NCBI RefSeq assembly: GCF_009914755.1
Contig: NC_060926.1
Reading direction: 5' to 3' (one strand)
DNA: 64,000 nt
Source: the human T2T-CHM13v2.0 reference genome, Homo sapiens
The position numbers and the translations under genes were made by a program. Numbering within the stretch: the stretch's first letter is position 1; the number at the start of each line of letters is the position of its first letter. This document shows, piece after piece, positions 14,503 through 30,789 of the stretch. The notes below the pieces were generated by a model. It saw only the letters and a program-made list of their open reading frames with translations. It ran no database searches and had not been told where the DNA came from.

Positions 14503-14592
14503 TTTGATTCATCCAGATTCCTCAAATACTCCTCTTTCAACAAGACTTGTATCTGTGCAAGAGGATGCTGGGAAATCTCCTGCTCGAAATAG
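14503..14592 (+). CDS. PIKFYVE: PIKfyve exon 7 (LIHPDSSNTPLSTRLVSVQEDAGKSPARN)
   Basis: tttatag acceptor; AG|gtaaac; 90 nt, phase 2-2. Confidence 0.95.
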   Translation, partial: FDSSRFLKYSSFNKTCICARGCWEISCSK

Positions 14593-14829
14593 GTAAACTG
14601 ACAAATGAAAACACTGTGCTCTCTGATGTTTATTTCTTTTCATGCTAATAAGAAGAACAAACGGATAAAAAGGGTGGGATTGATTGTCATATACTTCCGT
14701 AGCTCTAAAAGCTGAATTAAACTATCATTTTCTTTTTGCTATTCAGCCCTTGTTTCCATTCTCTCAGTGACTTTCCAGTATTCTCCAGTGGCTTCCGGGT
14801 TTGGAACCTACACCATCCTTTCTCTTCTG

Positions 14830-15044
14830 GTTAAATAAGACGTGAAGGATGTGAGGGAAGGAGCCATGTGGACATTTTGTGGAGGAGTGTCCCAAGAAAA
14901 CAGGAATAACAAATTCCTGAGAGGAAATACACTTGGCAAGGAATAACAAGGAATCCTATGATAATGGAGTAGAGCAGTCTTAGAGTTAATTATAAGGACT
15001 CTGTCATTTACTCTGAGTGAGATGGGAAGCTGTTGAAGAGTTTT
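14830..15044 (+). mobile_element. L2 fragment (continues at ~21744-22780)
   Basis: L2 phrases gaaggatgtgagggaaggagccatgtgg ... ctctgagtgagatgggaagc. Confidence 0.65.
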
Positions 15045-15181
15045 ACATTTTTTGTCGTTAATTTTTAATTGCTTTGAAAAAATGTCAAACATGCAGAAAA
15101 GTTGCGAGAATAGAAAAATATATCTTCATGTATTTTTCATTAAGATTTACTAATTTATATTTTGTCCCTTTGCCTTCTCAT

Positions 15182-15641
<460 letters not shown>

Positions 15642-15721
15642 ATTGTTTTTTATATTGTATATACATGTATGCATATTTTCTGAACCATCTGAGAGTAAGT
15701 TGCAGACATCATTATCCTTTA

Positions 15722-18700
15722 TATATTTTTATTAAGTTTATTTTTTATAGCAGTTTTAAGGTTCATACAAAAAATGAGCAGAAAGTACAGAGAGTTCCCC
15801 TATAGCCCCTGTCCCCACACATGCACAATCTTCATGACTATCGGTGTCCTGCACTAGAGTGGCATATTGTATTCAGTGGACCTACTTTGACACATGATCA
15901 TCGTCTAAAAGTTAATAGTTAACATTAGAATTCACTCTTGGTGTTGAATATTCTATGGATTTGGACAAATGTATAATGACGTGCGTCTGTCATTGTTGTA
16001 TCCTACGGAATAGTTCCTCTGCCCAAAAAGTCTACTGGGCTTCTCCTATTTATCCCTTCCTCTCCCCAACCCATGACAATCATTAATCTTTTTTACTGTC
16101 TCCATAGTTTTACTTTTCCCAGAATGCCATATAGTTGGAATTATACAGTGTGTAGACTTTTCGGATAGGCTTCTTTCACCTACTAATATGCATTTAAGTT
16201 TTCTCTATGTCTTTCCATAGCTTGATAGCTCATTTCTAAGTGATGAATAATATCCCACTGGCTGGATACACTATAGTTTATCTACTCACCTACTGAAGGA
16301 CATCTTGATTGCTTCTAAGTTTTATCAGTTACGAGCAAGGCTGTTATAACATCTGAGTATAGGTTTTTTTGTGGGTGTAATTTTCAATTCATATGGATAA
16401 ATACCAAGGAGCATGATTGCTGAGTCCTATGGTAAGATTATGTTTAATTTTGTGAGGCACTGCTAGACTTTTTTCCAAAGTGGTTTTACCATTTTGCATT
16501 CCTACCAGCAATGAATGAGAGTTCCTGTTGTTTCACATCCTCATCACATTTGGTGTTGTCAGTTTTGGATTTTGGCAGTTTTAATGGGTGTGTAGTATTA
16601 TCTCATGTGATTGACTTTTGTATATTAATCTTGTATCCTGCCACCTTGCTATAATCACTTACTAATTTCAGGAGTTCGTTAGTTCTTTTGGATTTTCTAT
16701 ATAAACAGTCTTGTCATCGAACAAAGTTTTGTTTCTTCCTTCCCAATCAGTGTACTTTTTATTTCCTTTTCCTGTCTTATTTCATTAGCTAAAACTTCTA
16801 GTCCAATGTTGAAAAGGAGTAGTGAGAGGGGACATCCTTTCCTTGTTCCTGATCTTAGTGGGAAAGCTTTGAGTTTCTCACCATTAAGTATGATGTTAGC
16901 TGTATGTTGTTTTTCGTAGATACTCTTTATCATGTTGGGGAAGTTTCCTCTATTCCTAGTTTACTGAGAGTTTTTATAATGAAGGAGTGTTGGATTTTGT
17001 CAAATGCTTTTTCTATATCAATGACATGATTACATAATTATTCTTCTGTAACTTGATGTGATGGGTTATATTAATTGATTTTTGAATGTTGAACCAGCCT
17101 TGCATGCCTGGGATAAATTCTATTTGGTCGTGGTTTATATAGTTTTTTATACATTGTTGGATTGGATTTGTTACTGTTTTGTTGAGGATAATAGTGTATG
17201 GTTTCCTTTTCTTGTCATGTCTTTGTCTGGTTTTGGTATTAGGGAAATCCTGGCCTCACAGACTGAGTTAGAAAGTATTTCCTCTGATTCTATCTTCAGG
17301 AAAATTTTGTGGAGAATTGACATAATTTATTTCTTAAATGTTTGGTAGAATTCATCAGTGAATGCATCTGGGCCTGGTGCTTTCTGTTTTGGAAAGTTAC
17401 CAGTTATTGATTCAATTTCTTTAAGAGAAATAGGTCTGTTTCGATTTTCATTTCTGATATTAGTACTTTGTGTTTTCTCCCTTTTTTTTCTTAGCCTGGC
17501 TGGATACTTACTGATTTTATTGATCTTTTCAAAGAACCAGCTTTGGCTTTGTTGATTTTCTCTATTGACTTCTTCTCTAATCTTTATTATTATTTTTCCT
17601 GTGCTCACTTTGGATTTAATATGCTTTTTGACAAACACTTTGTTCCCTAAGGTGGAAGCTTAGATGATTGATTTTAGATCTTCTTTTTAAATGTATGCGC
17701 TTCGTGCTATGAATTTCCTGCTAAGCACTGCTTTCTGTTGCATTCCACGAATTTAGTTAGGTTGTGTTTTCATTTTCATTTAGTTACAAATATTTAAAAA
17801 TGTTTCTTTATATTCTTCTTTGACTCATGTATTTTTTTTTACAAGTGTGTTGTTTCATCTCCAAGGATTTTGGGATTTTGTAGCTGTCTTTCTGTTAATG
17901 ATTTCTAGTTTGATTCCATGTTGGTTGTTGAAGGCAGACATTGTATGATTTCTACTCTTAAATTTTTTATGGTGTGTTTTATGGCCCAGAATGTGGTGTG
18001 TTTTGGTGAATGTTCCATGTTACTTGAGAGGAATGTGCATTCTGTTGTTGAATTAAACAGTCTATAAGATATTCATTATATCCACCTGATTAATGGTGTT
18101 GTTGAGTTCAGCTATGTTGTTATTGATTTTCTCTCTGCTGGATGTATCCACCTCTGATAGAGGGGTTAAAGTCTCCAGCTATAATAATGAATTCGTCCAT
18201 TTCTCCTGTAGTTCTATCAGTTTTTGCCTCATATATTTTGGTACTCTGTTGTTAGGAGCGAGCATACATATTAAGGATTGTTCTGTCTTTTGGAATATTG
18301 ATTTCTTTATCATTATGTAATTTCCCTTTTTATCTTTGATTGCTCTGAAGTCTGTTCTGCCTGAAAATTAATATAGTTACTCCTGCTCTTTTTTTTATTA
18401 GCGTTAACATGGTTTATCTTTCTCCATCTATTTCCTTTTGTTCATGTATCCTGTTTTGATTTCATTTAAAAATTTAAAAATTAATTTTTAAAATTGACAC
18501 ATAATAATTGTGCATATTTATGGGGTAAATAGTGACATTTTGACCCTTCACTTATTTTTTAATCTGTATGTGTCTTTGTATTTAAATTAGGTTTCTTGTA
18601 GACAATGTATTTTTGGGTCTTGGTTTTGATCCATTCTAACCATCTCTGTCTTTTAGTTGGTGTATTTAGACTATTGACATTTAAGGTGATTACTGATGTA

Positions 18701-21040
18701 GTTAGAGTAATCCCTGCCGTATTTGTTACTGTTTTCTACTTGTTGCCCTTGTTCTTCCTGTTTTTGTCTTCTGTACCTTTTCCACCTTTATGTATTTAAT
18801 TGAGCATTTTATGTTATTCCATTTTCTCTCCTTTTTAAAGGATACGAGTTACATTCTTTTTTTTTTTTTTAATGATTGCCCTAGAGTTTGCAATGTAACT
18901 TACAACTAATCCACATTTACTTTCAAATAATACTATACTACTTCACAGGTAATGCAAATACCTTATAACAAAATACTCCCAATTTTTCCCTCCCATCTGT
19001 TGTATTACTGGCATTCATTTCACTTACATATAAGCATGCGTACATACATAATTGAATATATTGTTGCTATTATTTTGAAGAAATAGTTATCTGTTACATC
19101 AACTAAGAGTAAGAAAAAGAAAAGTTTTTACTTTAACTTATTCCTTCTTTGATGCTTTTCTTTGTGTATTAATAGATATAAGTTTCTGACCTATATCATA
19201 TTCCTTCTCTCTGCCTTTTCAGCATTTTTTGCAAGGCAGGTCTACTGGCAAAAAATTCCCTCAGTTTTCATTTGTCTAAGAAAGGCTTTACTTCTCCTTC
19301 ACTTTTGAAGGGTATCATCAGGGTACAGAATTGTAGGTTGATGGCTTTTTTCTCTCAACATCTTAAATATTTCATTTCATTCTTTTTGCTTGTGTGGCTT
19401 CTGAGGAGAAGTCAGATGTATTTATTATCTTTGATACTCTACAGGTAAGGTTTTTTTTTTTTTTCTTTAAATAGAGATGGGGTCTTGCTGTGTTGCCCAG
19501 GCTGGTCTCAAACTCCTGGCCTCAAGCGATCCTCTTGCTTTGGCTTCCCAAAGTGCAGGGATTACAGGTGTGAGCCACCATGCTTGGTCTTTAAGGTGGT
19601 CTTTTTCAAGATCTTTTTCTTTATTTTTGACTTTCTGCCATTTGAATACACTTAGTTTTGCCTATGTGTAGTTTTTTTGACATTTATCCACGCTTGTGTT
19701 CTCTGAGCTTCCTGGACCTGTGGCTTGGCATCTGACATTAATTTGTGGGAAATTCTCAGTGATTATGGCTTCAAATATTGCTTGTGTTCCTTTCTCTCTT
19801 TCTTCTTTTTTCGGTATTCCCATTACATTTATATTATACCTTTTGTAGTTGTCCCACATTTCTTGGATATTGTTTGTTCAGTCTTTTTTCTATTTGCTTT
19901 TCAGTTTTGGCAGTTTCCGTTGAGATAGCCTCAAGTTCAAAGATTCTTTCCTTACCTCTGTCTAGTCTACTAAGAGTCCATCAAAGGCACTCTTCTTTAA
20001 TGTTATGGTGTTTTTGATCTCTTGCATTTCCTTTTTGCTTCTTTCTTAGAATATCCATCTCTCTGCTTATATTATCTGTTCTTGCCTGTTGTTTACTTTT
20101 CGCATTAACACCCTTAGCATATTAATTATAGTTTAAAAACAATTCCTAGACTGATAATTCCCACATTCATGTTGAGCCTGTTTCGGATGCTTGTTCAGTG
20201 TCTTTGAACTGTGTTTTTTGGCTTTCATTATGCCTTGTGATTTTTTGTTGAAAGGTGGACATGCTGTACTGGGTAAAAGGAACTATGGTAAATAGGCCTT
20301 TAGTGATGTAGTGATAGGATGTAGGGGGAGGTTAAGTGGTCTCTAGTCCTGTGAGTCACTGTCACAGGTGAGCCTGTGCCCCTGAACTGTAAACTTTATC
20401 AGGGCTTTTCGTTTTTTTCCCCTTAGGTGAGACAGAATGGCTGGAGGGGGCTGGAGTTGGGGATTTTTCTTCCCCCATGTGGAAGGCTAGAAGGGGCTGT
20501 GGTTGGGGATTTCCTTCTCCCTGGGTAGGTTAAGCTCTGATATAACTCCAGCAGGTTAGGCTCTGGTAAAATAGTTTCTCCTCAGGGCAGGACTTGTTAT
20601 GAAGAACAGAATGCTCTGACGTATTTTTAAGTTCTTTATTCTCTCCCTCTGCTGGAAGCCAGAAGCCGGAGGGAATTTTTCTGACATTCACTGTGAGGAC
20701 GTGGTAGATCTGGAAGTGAAACTCCCAAAAGCATCCCCACTACCCCCATGACTGGGTTCACCTAGAATTTGTATCTCTGGTTTGTCTACACTGAGCTTCA
20801 AGGAATTTGTCAATTTGATTTCAGGTTTTCCTACCCTATTACTGGTTCCCATGGAGGTTTCTGCTCCAGTGAGTTGTGATCCTCTGTATCTGCTTGTCTG
20901 TCTGCAGTATTTGGAGCAGGATTTGGCTTGTGACCTGACTTCTCTGATGGACCTAAGAACAGTTGATGATTTTTCTCTTTGTTCAGGTTTTAGTTGTTGA
21001 GATGGAGTGAAGATGCTCACGTGCTAGACCAGAAGTAGAA
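15722..21040 (-). mobile_element. Old L1 (L1MC1-like), internally deleted, running from 3' UTR through ORF2/ORF1 remnants to the 5' region; Alu monomer at ~19451-19589
   Basis: Minus-strand ORF2 peptides ([26 protein letters not shown]; [17 protein letters not shown]) and ORF1 peptide (GIPKKEERE..IFEAIITENFP). Confidence 0.85.
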
Positions 21041-21787
21041 AGTTCTATTTTTTACTTTTGAATACTTAAGTGTTTTTCCTCAGAACAATCATGTTCTCTT
21101 ACATAACAAATTTAGGAAATTGTAACAGTGGTACATTTCTATTATGTAATATACTGTAGGTATTCTGATTTTGCCAATTGTCCTAATAATGTTTTTTTGT
21201 ACTGATTTTCCCCCCAATCTGTGATGCAGTTCAGAATCATATTGAACTTATTTGTCATATGTCTTGGTTTTCTTTACTCTGTAACAGTATCTTAGTCTTT
21301 CTTTGTGAAGAGGATAGACCAGTTGTTTAGTAAAATGCCCTTCAATTTAAGTTTATCAAAAGCTTCCTATGATTAGATTTGGGCTGTGGAGTTTTGGGGC
21401 AGTAATACTCCATGAGTGCTACATCCTTCTCAATCTGTTATGTTATAAAGGACACAATACAAGTTTATCCCATTGGTGTTGTTGAGTTGATCTCTCACAT
21501 GTTAGGTTTCTCCACTGTAAAGTTACTATTTTATCCTTTGTAATTGGTAAGTAATATGTGGGGGAGATACTTTGAAACTGCATGAATACCCTATATCTTA
21601 CTAATCTTTCAGTCAATAGTTTCAGCATTCATTTATGATACTTGTTGAAATGCAATGTTATTATGTTTGCAAAATGGTGATTTTTCTAAGTCTATCATTG
21701 CTTTTACATTTATTAGTTGACATTCTACTCTGAAAAGCTTTCCGTTGTTGGAGAGTTTTGGGTGGAGTGTGGAAGGATGACATGACA

Positions 21788-22780
<993 letters not shown>

Positions 22781-24414
22781 CAGTATTCCTGTTGGCATGT
22801 GTAGAAGTGTAGGGATACCTGTGCTAATTTACAGTCTATCTCCATGTGTTTTGAATTAATGCTAAGACTGATGTAAGTCTTTAGGAAAGACGTAATTTAG
22901 TCAATGAATGCTGTCTCTAAATATAATTTTAATCAGTATTCTTGCTACTAGGCTATTTATTACAGCTTTTGACATTAAAATTGACTAATTTTCTTTTATT
23001 CTTGTTGCCACTATATTAGAATATGTGCAAGGATGGTTAAAATGATAGAGAAGTAGAATGTATGGATAATGCACCCATTGGAAAAGAGATTAAATTAAGA
23101 AATAATAGCAAGCTTTCACTGAAAGACTATGCCAAGAAATAACTAACCAATTATTTTTAAAAATTGCTTATCGGCTATTTGATATCAGTGATTTCCTGTT
23201 AACTGACACTTTGCTAAACCTGTGAATACTTTCTTAAATTATTTAAAAAATATTTTTATCTTTATACTGGGGAAATATTGGTTTTTCAATTGACACCTAA
23301 TTCTAGGTGGCAGCCCTGATACATACTAGTCGAGCTACTTTAGGCAGATTACTTAATCCCTTATTCTTGATTTCTTTATCTGTAAAATAGAGCTAGTAAT
23401 ACATATTCCATAGGATGCTGTGAAGATTAAATGTGGGAAGATACAGATACTGCCCTAATGAATGAGTTACATTTATGTAGTCTAACATATCATAGGTGCT
23501 TTTGCCTTTTATCCTTTATGTGGAGGCTAAAATTGGGTTTAATTTTTTTCTAGATAGAAGCCAACTAAATTTCTAGTTACCCTTTCTTTTAAATAAATTA
23601 AAGTTTCCTTGATGCTATTGGTATTCCACTTCTAAGTCATTTGTTTGGTAACTTTACCAAGAGTCAAAATTAAGGATATGTATGAATACTGATATTATGA
23701 GAAGAAACAAATTTCTTGTAATTTTTCTACTGACAAAATAGCATAATGTAATAATATTTGAGGACAATATTTTAAATATAGGTCTACTAGTGAGAAGAAA
23801 GGAATTCTTTTTTTGGTCATAACACTTTGCTTATTTGGGCGTCAAAATTGGTGTTCCCTTCATCAGATTGATTGCATTGCAGATATTTAACTATAAAACC
23901 TTCTTAGTTCATGGGCTATACAGAAAGAGGAAGAAGGCTAGATTTGGCCTGTGGGCCATAGTTTCCTGACTCTGATCTGCAAGATTATTTCTGCATTTAA
24001 TTTCATTCTTTATATTTGTTATTAAAAAAAAAATCCACTAACTTACAGCATTTTAACAAGAAGACTTTGTATCTATTCCCTTTGAAATATTACTGATATA
24101 TGAACTATGTAATTGTTTTCCTGTAATCTTTCCATAACTACTTTCTTTTAAACTTATTTCCAAGTAATTTTAGACACACATAGAATTGCAAAATATAGAC
24201 TTACATAGGGTTGCAAATATCGTACAGAGAGTTTCTGGGTATCCTTTACCAAATTTCTCCCAATGATAATATCATGCATAACCATCATAAGTACTTTTAA
24301 AAGTACCCTTAACATTGGTAAATAAGCATTTATTTAAAAATGAATTTTCTCTGTAATTCTGTTTATTGAAGAAGAATTTACACCTGTGATTTCACTTCTT
24401 GTTTTTATTTCCAG

Positions 24415-24553
24415 ATCAGCCAGCATTACTAACCTGTCACTGGATAGATCTGGTTCTCCTATGGTACCTTCATATGAGACATCTGTCAGTCCCCAGGCTA
24501 ACCGAACATATGTTAGGACAGAGACCACTGAGGATGAACGCAAAATTCTTCTG
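24415..24553 (+). CDS. PIKFYVE: PIKfyve exon 8 (SASITNLSLDRSGSPMVPSYE...ERKILL); completes the basophilic RNRSAS phospho-motif across the exon 7/8 junction
   Basis: ttccag acceptor; CTG|gtactg; 139 nt. Confidence 0.96.
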
Positions 24554-24616
24554 GTACTGGTCCAGTATCTTTGACCCATTGCTAGTTTTGAGCATAGAGA
24601 ATGTTTATGTGACTGA

Positions 24617-24912
<296 letters not shown>

Positions 24913-25040
24913 TGTCACTGAGTCTTTTTAATAAGAAATATATAAGTGAAATAGCATATCAGTTAAACAGAAGTGCTTAGCTTCAGTTTTACTAGGATCA
25001 CCTGAGAGATGGGTCAAGTATTCTATACTCATTGCATTAA

Positions 25041-25361
<321 letters not shown>

Positions 25362-25644
25362 AGTATTTTCTTTACCCTTTTATCTGGTAAAATCAGAATT
25401 CAGTTACCTATGTAATAAGAGAGCTTAACTCTTAGATCCCATATTGCTATTTAAGCTTTGAAGCATGTTTGTTATACACATGTAACACTTTTCAGACATT
25501 TAATACTCTATGTTTATATGAAATAATCAGTTGCTTATTGAATTTATCTGTGCATAAAATACTGTGTTCAATTCTAAGAGTGACTCAGAGAAATGGAAGG
25601 TATGGCTGTGTCCTCAAGCTTATAATTCAAAAGTAGAAATAAGA

Positions 25645-25832
25645 GCCAGGTGTGGTGGCATGCACGTGTAGTCCCAGCTACTTGGGAGGCTAGGGTGAGA
25701 GGACTCTTGAGGCCAGGGGTTTGAGGCTGTAGGGTGCTGTGATCATGGCTGTGAATAGCCACTGCACTCCAGCCTGGGCAACATAGCAAGACCTTGTCTC
25801 TAAGACAACAAACAAACCAGCAAACCCACAAA
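25645..25832 (+). mobile_element. Alu right monomer (FRAM/AluJ-like)
   Basis: Right arm; TSD-like aa.gtagaaataaga on both sides. Confidence 0.8.
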
Positions 25833-26710
25833 AGGTAGAAATAAGATCAGTGGGAAGATCCTTAATAGTGGAAGTAGTAATACTTTAATAATAAAAAAGT
25901 GTCAAATAAATAAATGACTATATGTCATGTAAGAATTCAAAAAAACAGAAAGCTCATTACTAATGAGGGAATCAGAAAAAGGCTTAAACTGAAGGACTTG
26001 AACTGGACCTTGAGAGATGGAATCATTTTGGATAGGCAGTGAGGAAGGTGAATCTTATTTAAAGGTATGAAGAAAGATACAGAGGTAAGAATAAGCATGA
26101 CATTTTCCATGGCCAGAAGTAGGATTTTTTAACTGGGAGAGAGTTTAAGTAGGAGTCTGGGGGCAATGAGAAAGGAAAGTTATTTGGGACTACCTGGTGG
26201 AAGGCAATGAATTCTGTACTTACAGGTGTAGATTTGAAACTTTAGTTGCTGAGGAACATTCAGAATTTTTTTGAGCAGGGAGTAATTTACTGAAGCTCTT
26301 CTTTTTAAAAAACTCATCTGTCAGTTGGGTACACAGTGAGAATCTGGTGGAGTGAAAGCCTCTAGGAACAGTTACCTTAGGTTAGTGTGATTAACTGTTG
26401 TCTCCCTCTGCCTTGCCCCATCTCCAAAGAAGAATACATAAATAGGAGATTGATAATATGTGCCATTGACTGAAAAAAGAAGTATTTGGAATAGTTGGTT
26501 TTCAAGAGAAAAAGTTATGTTTGGAATTAGATGAGCTGAGTTCAAGCTGTTCCCACGTATATGACATTTGTATTAAATTGTGTGAGTTAGCTACCATAAA
26601 GAAATCCAAGTTAGGTTTCCTTTTATGAGTCTAAAAATCACAGGAAAACATCTGAAAAGGTATATAGCATTTTTCTCAAGGGTAACTACTTGCTGTTAAT
26701 GTGATTGCAG

Positions 26711-26868
26711 GACAGTGTGCAGTTAAAAGACCTGTGGAAAAAAATCTGCCATCACAGCAGTGGAATGGAGTTTCAGGATCACCGCTACTGGTTGAGAACG
26801 CATCCCAACTGCATTGTAGGAAAGGAATTAGTCAACTGGCTAATCCGAAATGGGCATATTGCCACAAG
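26711..26868 (+). CDS. PIKFYVE: PIKfyve exon 9, DEP domain N-part (DSVQLKDLWKK...GKELVNWLIRNGHIAT)
   Basis: ttgcag acceptor; AG|gtattc; DEP signature GxELVxWL; 158 nt. Confidence 0.97.
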
Positions 26869-28015
26869 GTATTCTGATCTTAGAAGGTTTCAATATTATT
26901 TGTTTATTTTGAATGAGAAAACATATTTGAAGATAGTAAGAGTTACAGATTTCTTTGTAGAGTTAGGGTGCTCTTTGTTTTATGTAATTGATGGTTTAGG
27001 GTGCTAATTACTTAACCCTCCTCCAATCTGAGTTTTAACCAGCAGAGAACAGATGCAAGGAGTACAAGGAGCCAAATAGGATCTTAATTTACCTTATTAA
27101 AAGCAGAAGAACTCTCTAGCAAAGGAGGATTAGAGAAGGTAGCTGGAACCTAAGGCCAAAGAATTCCCCAGCTACTGTTCACTAATCTAGACAGGTTGTA
27201 ACCTGTGTTGAGTATTTGATCCATAAGCTATGCCTGTCGGGTCCTAGCTTGCCTCACAAATCATTTATAAAAAAGAGTAACAGACAGGTCCTGCTTTTCA
27301 AATACATGTATCCCCTAGCTTTTACTATTTTCTCAGATTAGCTACTCCTCCTCTCATGGGAAGAAAAAGGTACGTAATGAAGTAAAGAGAGAAATAGCTT
27401 TAAGCAGTAAAGCCCTGGTTGCAATTTTGGCTGTATATATTTTTTAGCTTTGTGCTTTTAGTCACATTATTAAATCTCTGAGACTTCTTCACCATGAGGA
27501 AAATTATGTGGTCCTGTGAATAAACTGTGGGGGATGAAATAATAGTGGCTGAAGTGCTTTATAAATTGTGAAATGCCATATAATGTATGGTGTCATTAAG
27601 TGTCTATTTCATATATATATATACACACACACACATTTTATGGCTGTATCTGTAATATTTGGTATTGTCTTATTAAAACTAAGCTCCTTGAAGGTAGGAG
27701 CTTTTCTCAACATTTTAAAATCTGTTAAGTATAGGGTTGTGCGTGCATTGAATACTCAGTCAATGCTTGCTGTTATTAAAATTAGGTTTTGTTGGGACTG
27801 CCTTACCAGTAGTTTCTTCTCCTTTACTATAGTACCTGGAAGAATCTTTTAGTTTGCTTTAACTCTCTCGTTTCGTCCTTTACTTATCCAAGGGCCATTT
27901 GAAATTCTAACTCTGATTAGAACTGAAAAAAAATATTTTAAGGTTGTGTCTTATCTGGTACTTAACTATTCTGACTGACTTTTAAAACTTTTCATTTTTG
28001 TGGGTCTTGATTCAG

Positions 28016-28127
28016 GGCACAAGCTATAGCAATTGGACAAGCAATGGTTGATGGACGTTGGCTGGATTGTGTTAGTCATCACGACCAGCTTTTCAGAGAT
28101 GAGTATGCGCTGTATAGACCACTGCAG
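28016..28127 (+). CDS. PIKFYVE: PIKfyve exon 10, DEP domain C-part (AQAIAIGQAMVDGRWL...FRDEYALYRPLQ)
   Basis: ttcag acceptor; CAG|gtactt; 112 nt. Confidence 0.96.
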
Positions 28128-28572
28128 GTACTTTTCAGTGTTTACTGCCAATTAGAATGTAGCAAGCTTATTTTATAGTCTTTCTTCATCAGTGGGAATA
28201 AAAAGTAGTTTATTAGAAGATGATTTTTCTAACATTTTTTCCTGCTGTTTGAGGAAAGTTAAAACTTTTTTTACTTGGTAGGCAGCAGTGATGAAAAAGC
28301 TGCCATTAGAATCAAACATTTTATTGTTTACTTTAAATTTGATCAGACAATAAAAAAGGAAAAAGATAATCAAACACTTTTTTCAGTTGGTGTGGTAGTT
28401 CTTAAATTTGGGTTTATGGTCTTTATAGTTGCTTATCATTTAACTTTAATGGTTTTTGGTTTTATTAGGCCTATGCTTTTAGAACTGAGAGTATAAATAA
28501 TAAAATGAAAAATTTTATGGCATCTATTGAAATCATTTTGACTCTAGAACTATTGTATAACTAGTGATGATG

Positions 28573-28914
<342 letters not shown>

Positions 28915-29003
28915 TTAGGGAAGTGGAAATTATTTGAAGATTTAACTTCAAAAAAAGATATACTTTTACTCTTGGTTTATGTAATTTGATACAATATATA
29001 GGT

Positions 29004-29086
29004 TATATATATACACACACACACATATATAAACATATATATACATATACACACACAGGCACACACACACACACACATATATATAT
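29004..29086. repeat. Compound (TA)n/(CA)n microsatellite
   Basis: Read directly. Confidence 0.85.
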
Positions 29087-29492
29087 AGCTGACCGTTAAG
29101 AATTAGGGATACTGACCCCCTGTATAGTTGAAAATTCACGGATGTTTGACTTCCCCAAAACTTAACTACTAATAGCTTAGTGTTGACTGGAATCTTTATT
29201 GATAACAGACAATTAATACATATTTTGTATGTTGTGTGTATTATATACCATATTCTTACAATAAAGCTAGAGAAACATGAAGAAAATCATAAGGAAGAGA
29301 AACTATACTTACTATTCATTAAGTGGAAATGGATCATCACAAACGTCTTCATCCTCGTTTCGTGTTGAGTGGGCTGAGGAAGAGTGAGGAAAAGAAGAGA
29401 TTGCTTTTGCTGTCTCAGGGGTAGCAGAGGCAGAAGAAAATCCACATATAAGTAGACCAATGCAGTTTAAACCCTTGTTCAAAGGTCAGCTG
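29087..29492. mobile_element. Tigger2a/MER8-type TcMar-Tigger element
   Basis: Termini agctgacc... / ...ggtcagctg; internal tttgacttccccaaaacttaactactaatagc. Confidence 0.7.
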
Positions 29493-29946
29493 TGTAATGT
29501 TTAGTAACACCTTTGTGAACTAAAATTCGAAAGTCAATGGTTAGAAGAGACAAATGACTCCAAATATTGGTGTGGCATGATTGATTAAAAGTTATTTTGC
29601 AAGATGTGTTCTGGAGAGAATTGCCCCAGAGCTAAAATAAATTCTAAGCTATCTTCACTCTCAGGACTAAGGCATGAAATGAAACACTATAAAATCTGTA
29701 TCAAAAAAATGTTTTGTTCTTAATATACTACTTAAGTCTTCTAGTTAACGAAAATCACAATTTTAAAGAGTGGAATTGTCAGTATGATTCTGGTTTATAA
29801 CTTGGTTTTTGTTAATTTGTTTATTTTTATAAAATTCAATTGTTAGGTTCATAGAAATATTGGACTACAATTTATTTATAGTGTGACAGCCTCAACATTG
29901 TTGCTATTGAAGGCCAATTGCTTGGATCCTGTCTTCATCCTTTCAG

Positions 29947-30094
29947 AGTACAGAATTTTCTGAGACGCCTTCTCCCGACAGTGACTCAGTGAACTCCGTG
30001 GAAGGACACTCTGAGCCATCCTGGTTTAAAGACATAAAGTTTGATGACAGTGACACAGAACAGATAGCTGAAGAAGGTGACGATAATTTGGCTA
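29947..30094 (+). CDS. PIKFYVE: PIKfyve exon 11 (STEFSETPSPDSDS...EEGDDNLA)
   Basis: tttcag acceptor; A|gtgagt; 148 nt. Confidence 0.96.
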
Positions 30095-30621
30095 GTGAGT
30101 TTAACTTTCTAACATTTTAGTTTTGATGGGTCATTGCTGTGTATGTATGATAAAATGATTATCTTGTTTGTTGAAATAATTCAGCTTTATAATTTATGGC
30201 TCCAACTAAATGGAAACATCTGATAGCAGTCTTTGTCTTAGATACAGTATTTTCTTAAACCAACTTGTTAGGTTGACATTTCTAGATTTTACCATAGTCT
30301 ATAGTTTGTAGCAGCTTAAAAATAACTGAACTAATAATATGGCAGCAGACAACTTTCTCATCTCTTCACTATAATATCAGACTTTCTCTCTGCAGAACCT
30401 CCAATATATTTCTTCATTTTAAAAATTGATTTTATATTTAACTTGTTCAAATTTTATTAAGTCTACACAGAAGTACATGAAAATACTGTATCCATTTTGG
30501 TATTGCACATTGGGCTTGTATATTAAAAAAACATTTTTCTCCTTTCCTCCAATACCCTGATAAAACCCATTTTTACTCCCCTCCTCTCCCTATATTTCTT
30601 TCCCCTTCCCAACACTAAAAG

Positions 30622-30789
30622 ATTCTGCCAGTCCTAGCAAGCGCACATCAGTCAGCAGTTTCCAGTCCACAGTGGACAGTGACTCAGCCGCTTCTATCAG
30701 CCTGAACGTGGAGCTGGACAACGTGAACTTCCATATCAAGAAGCCCTCCAAGTACCCACATGTGCCCCCTCACCCTGCTGACCAAAAAG
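30622..30789 (+). CDS. PIKFYVE: PIKfyve exon 12 (NSASPSKRTSVSSFQST...PHVPPHPADQK)
   Basis: Long pyrimidine tract then weak AAAAG acceptor; G|gtagga; 168 nt, phase 1-1. Confidence 0.93.

Noticed and set aside
19438-19452. Strong donor-like CAG|GTAAGG
   Set aside because: Inside an old antisense L1 with no convincing upstream acceptor
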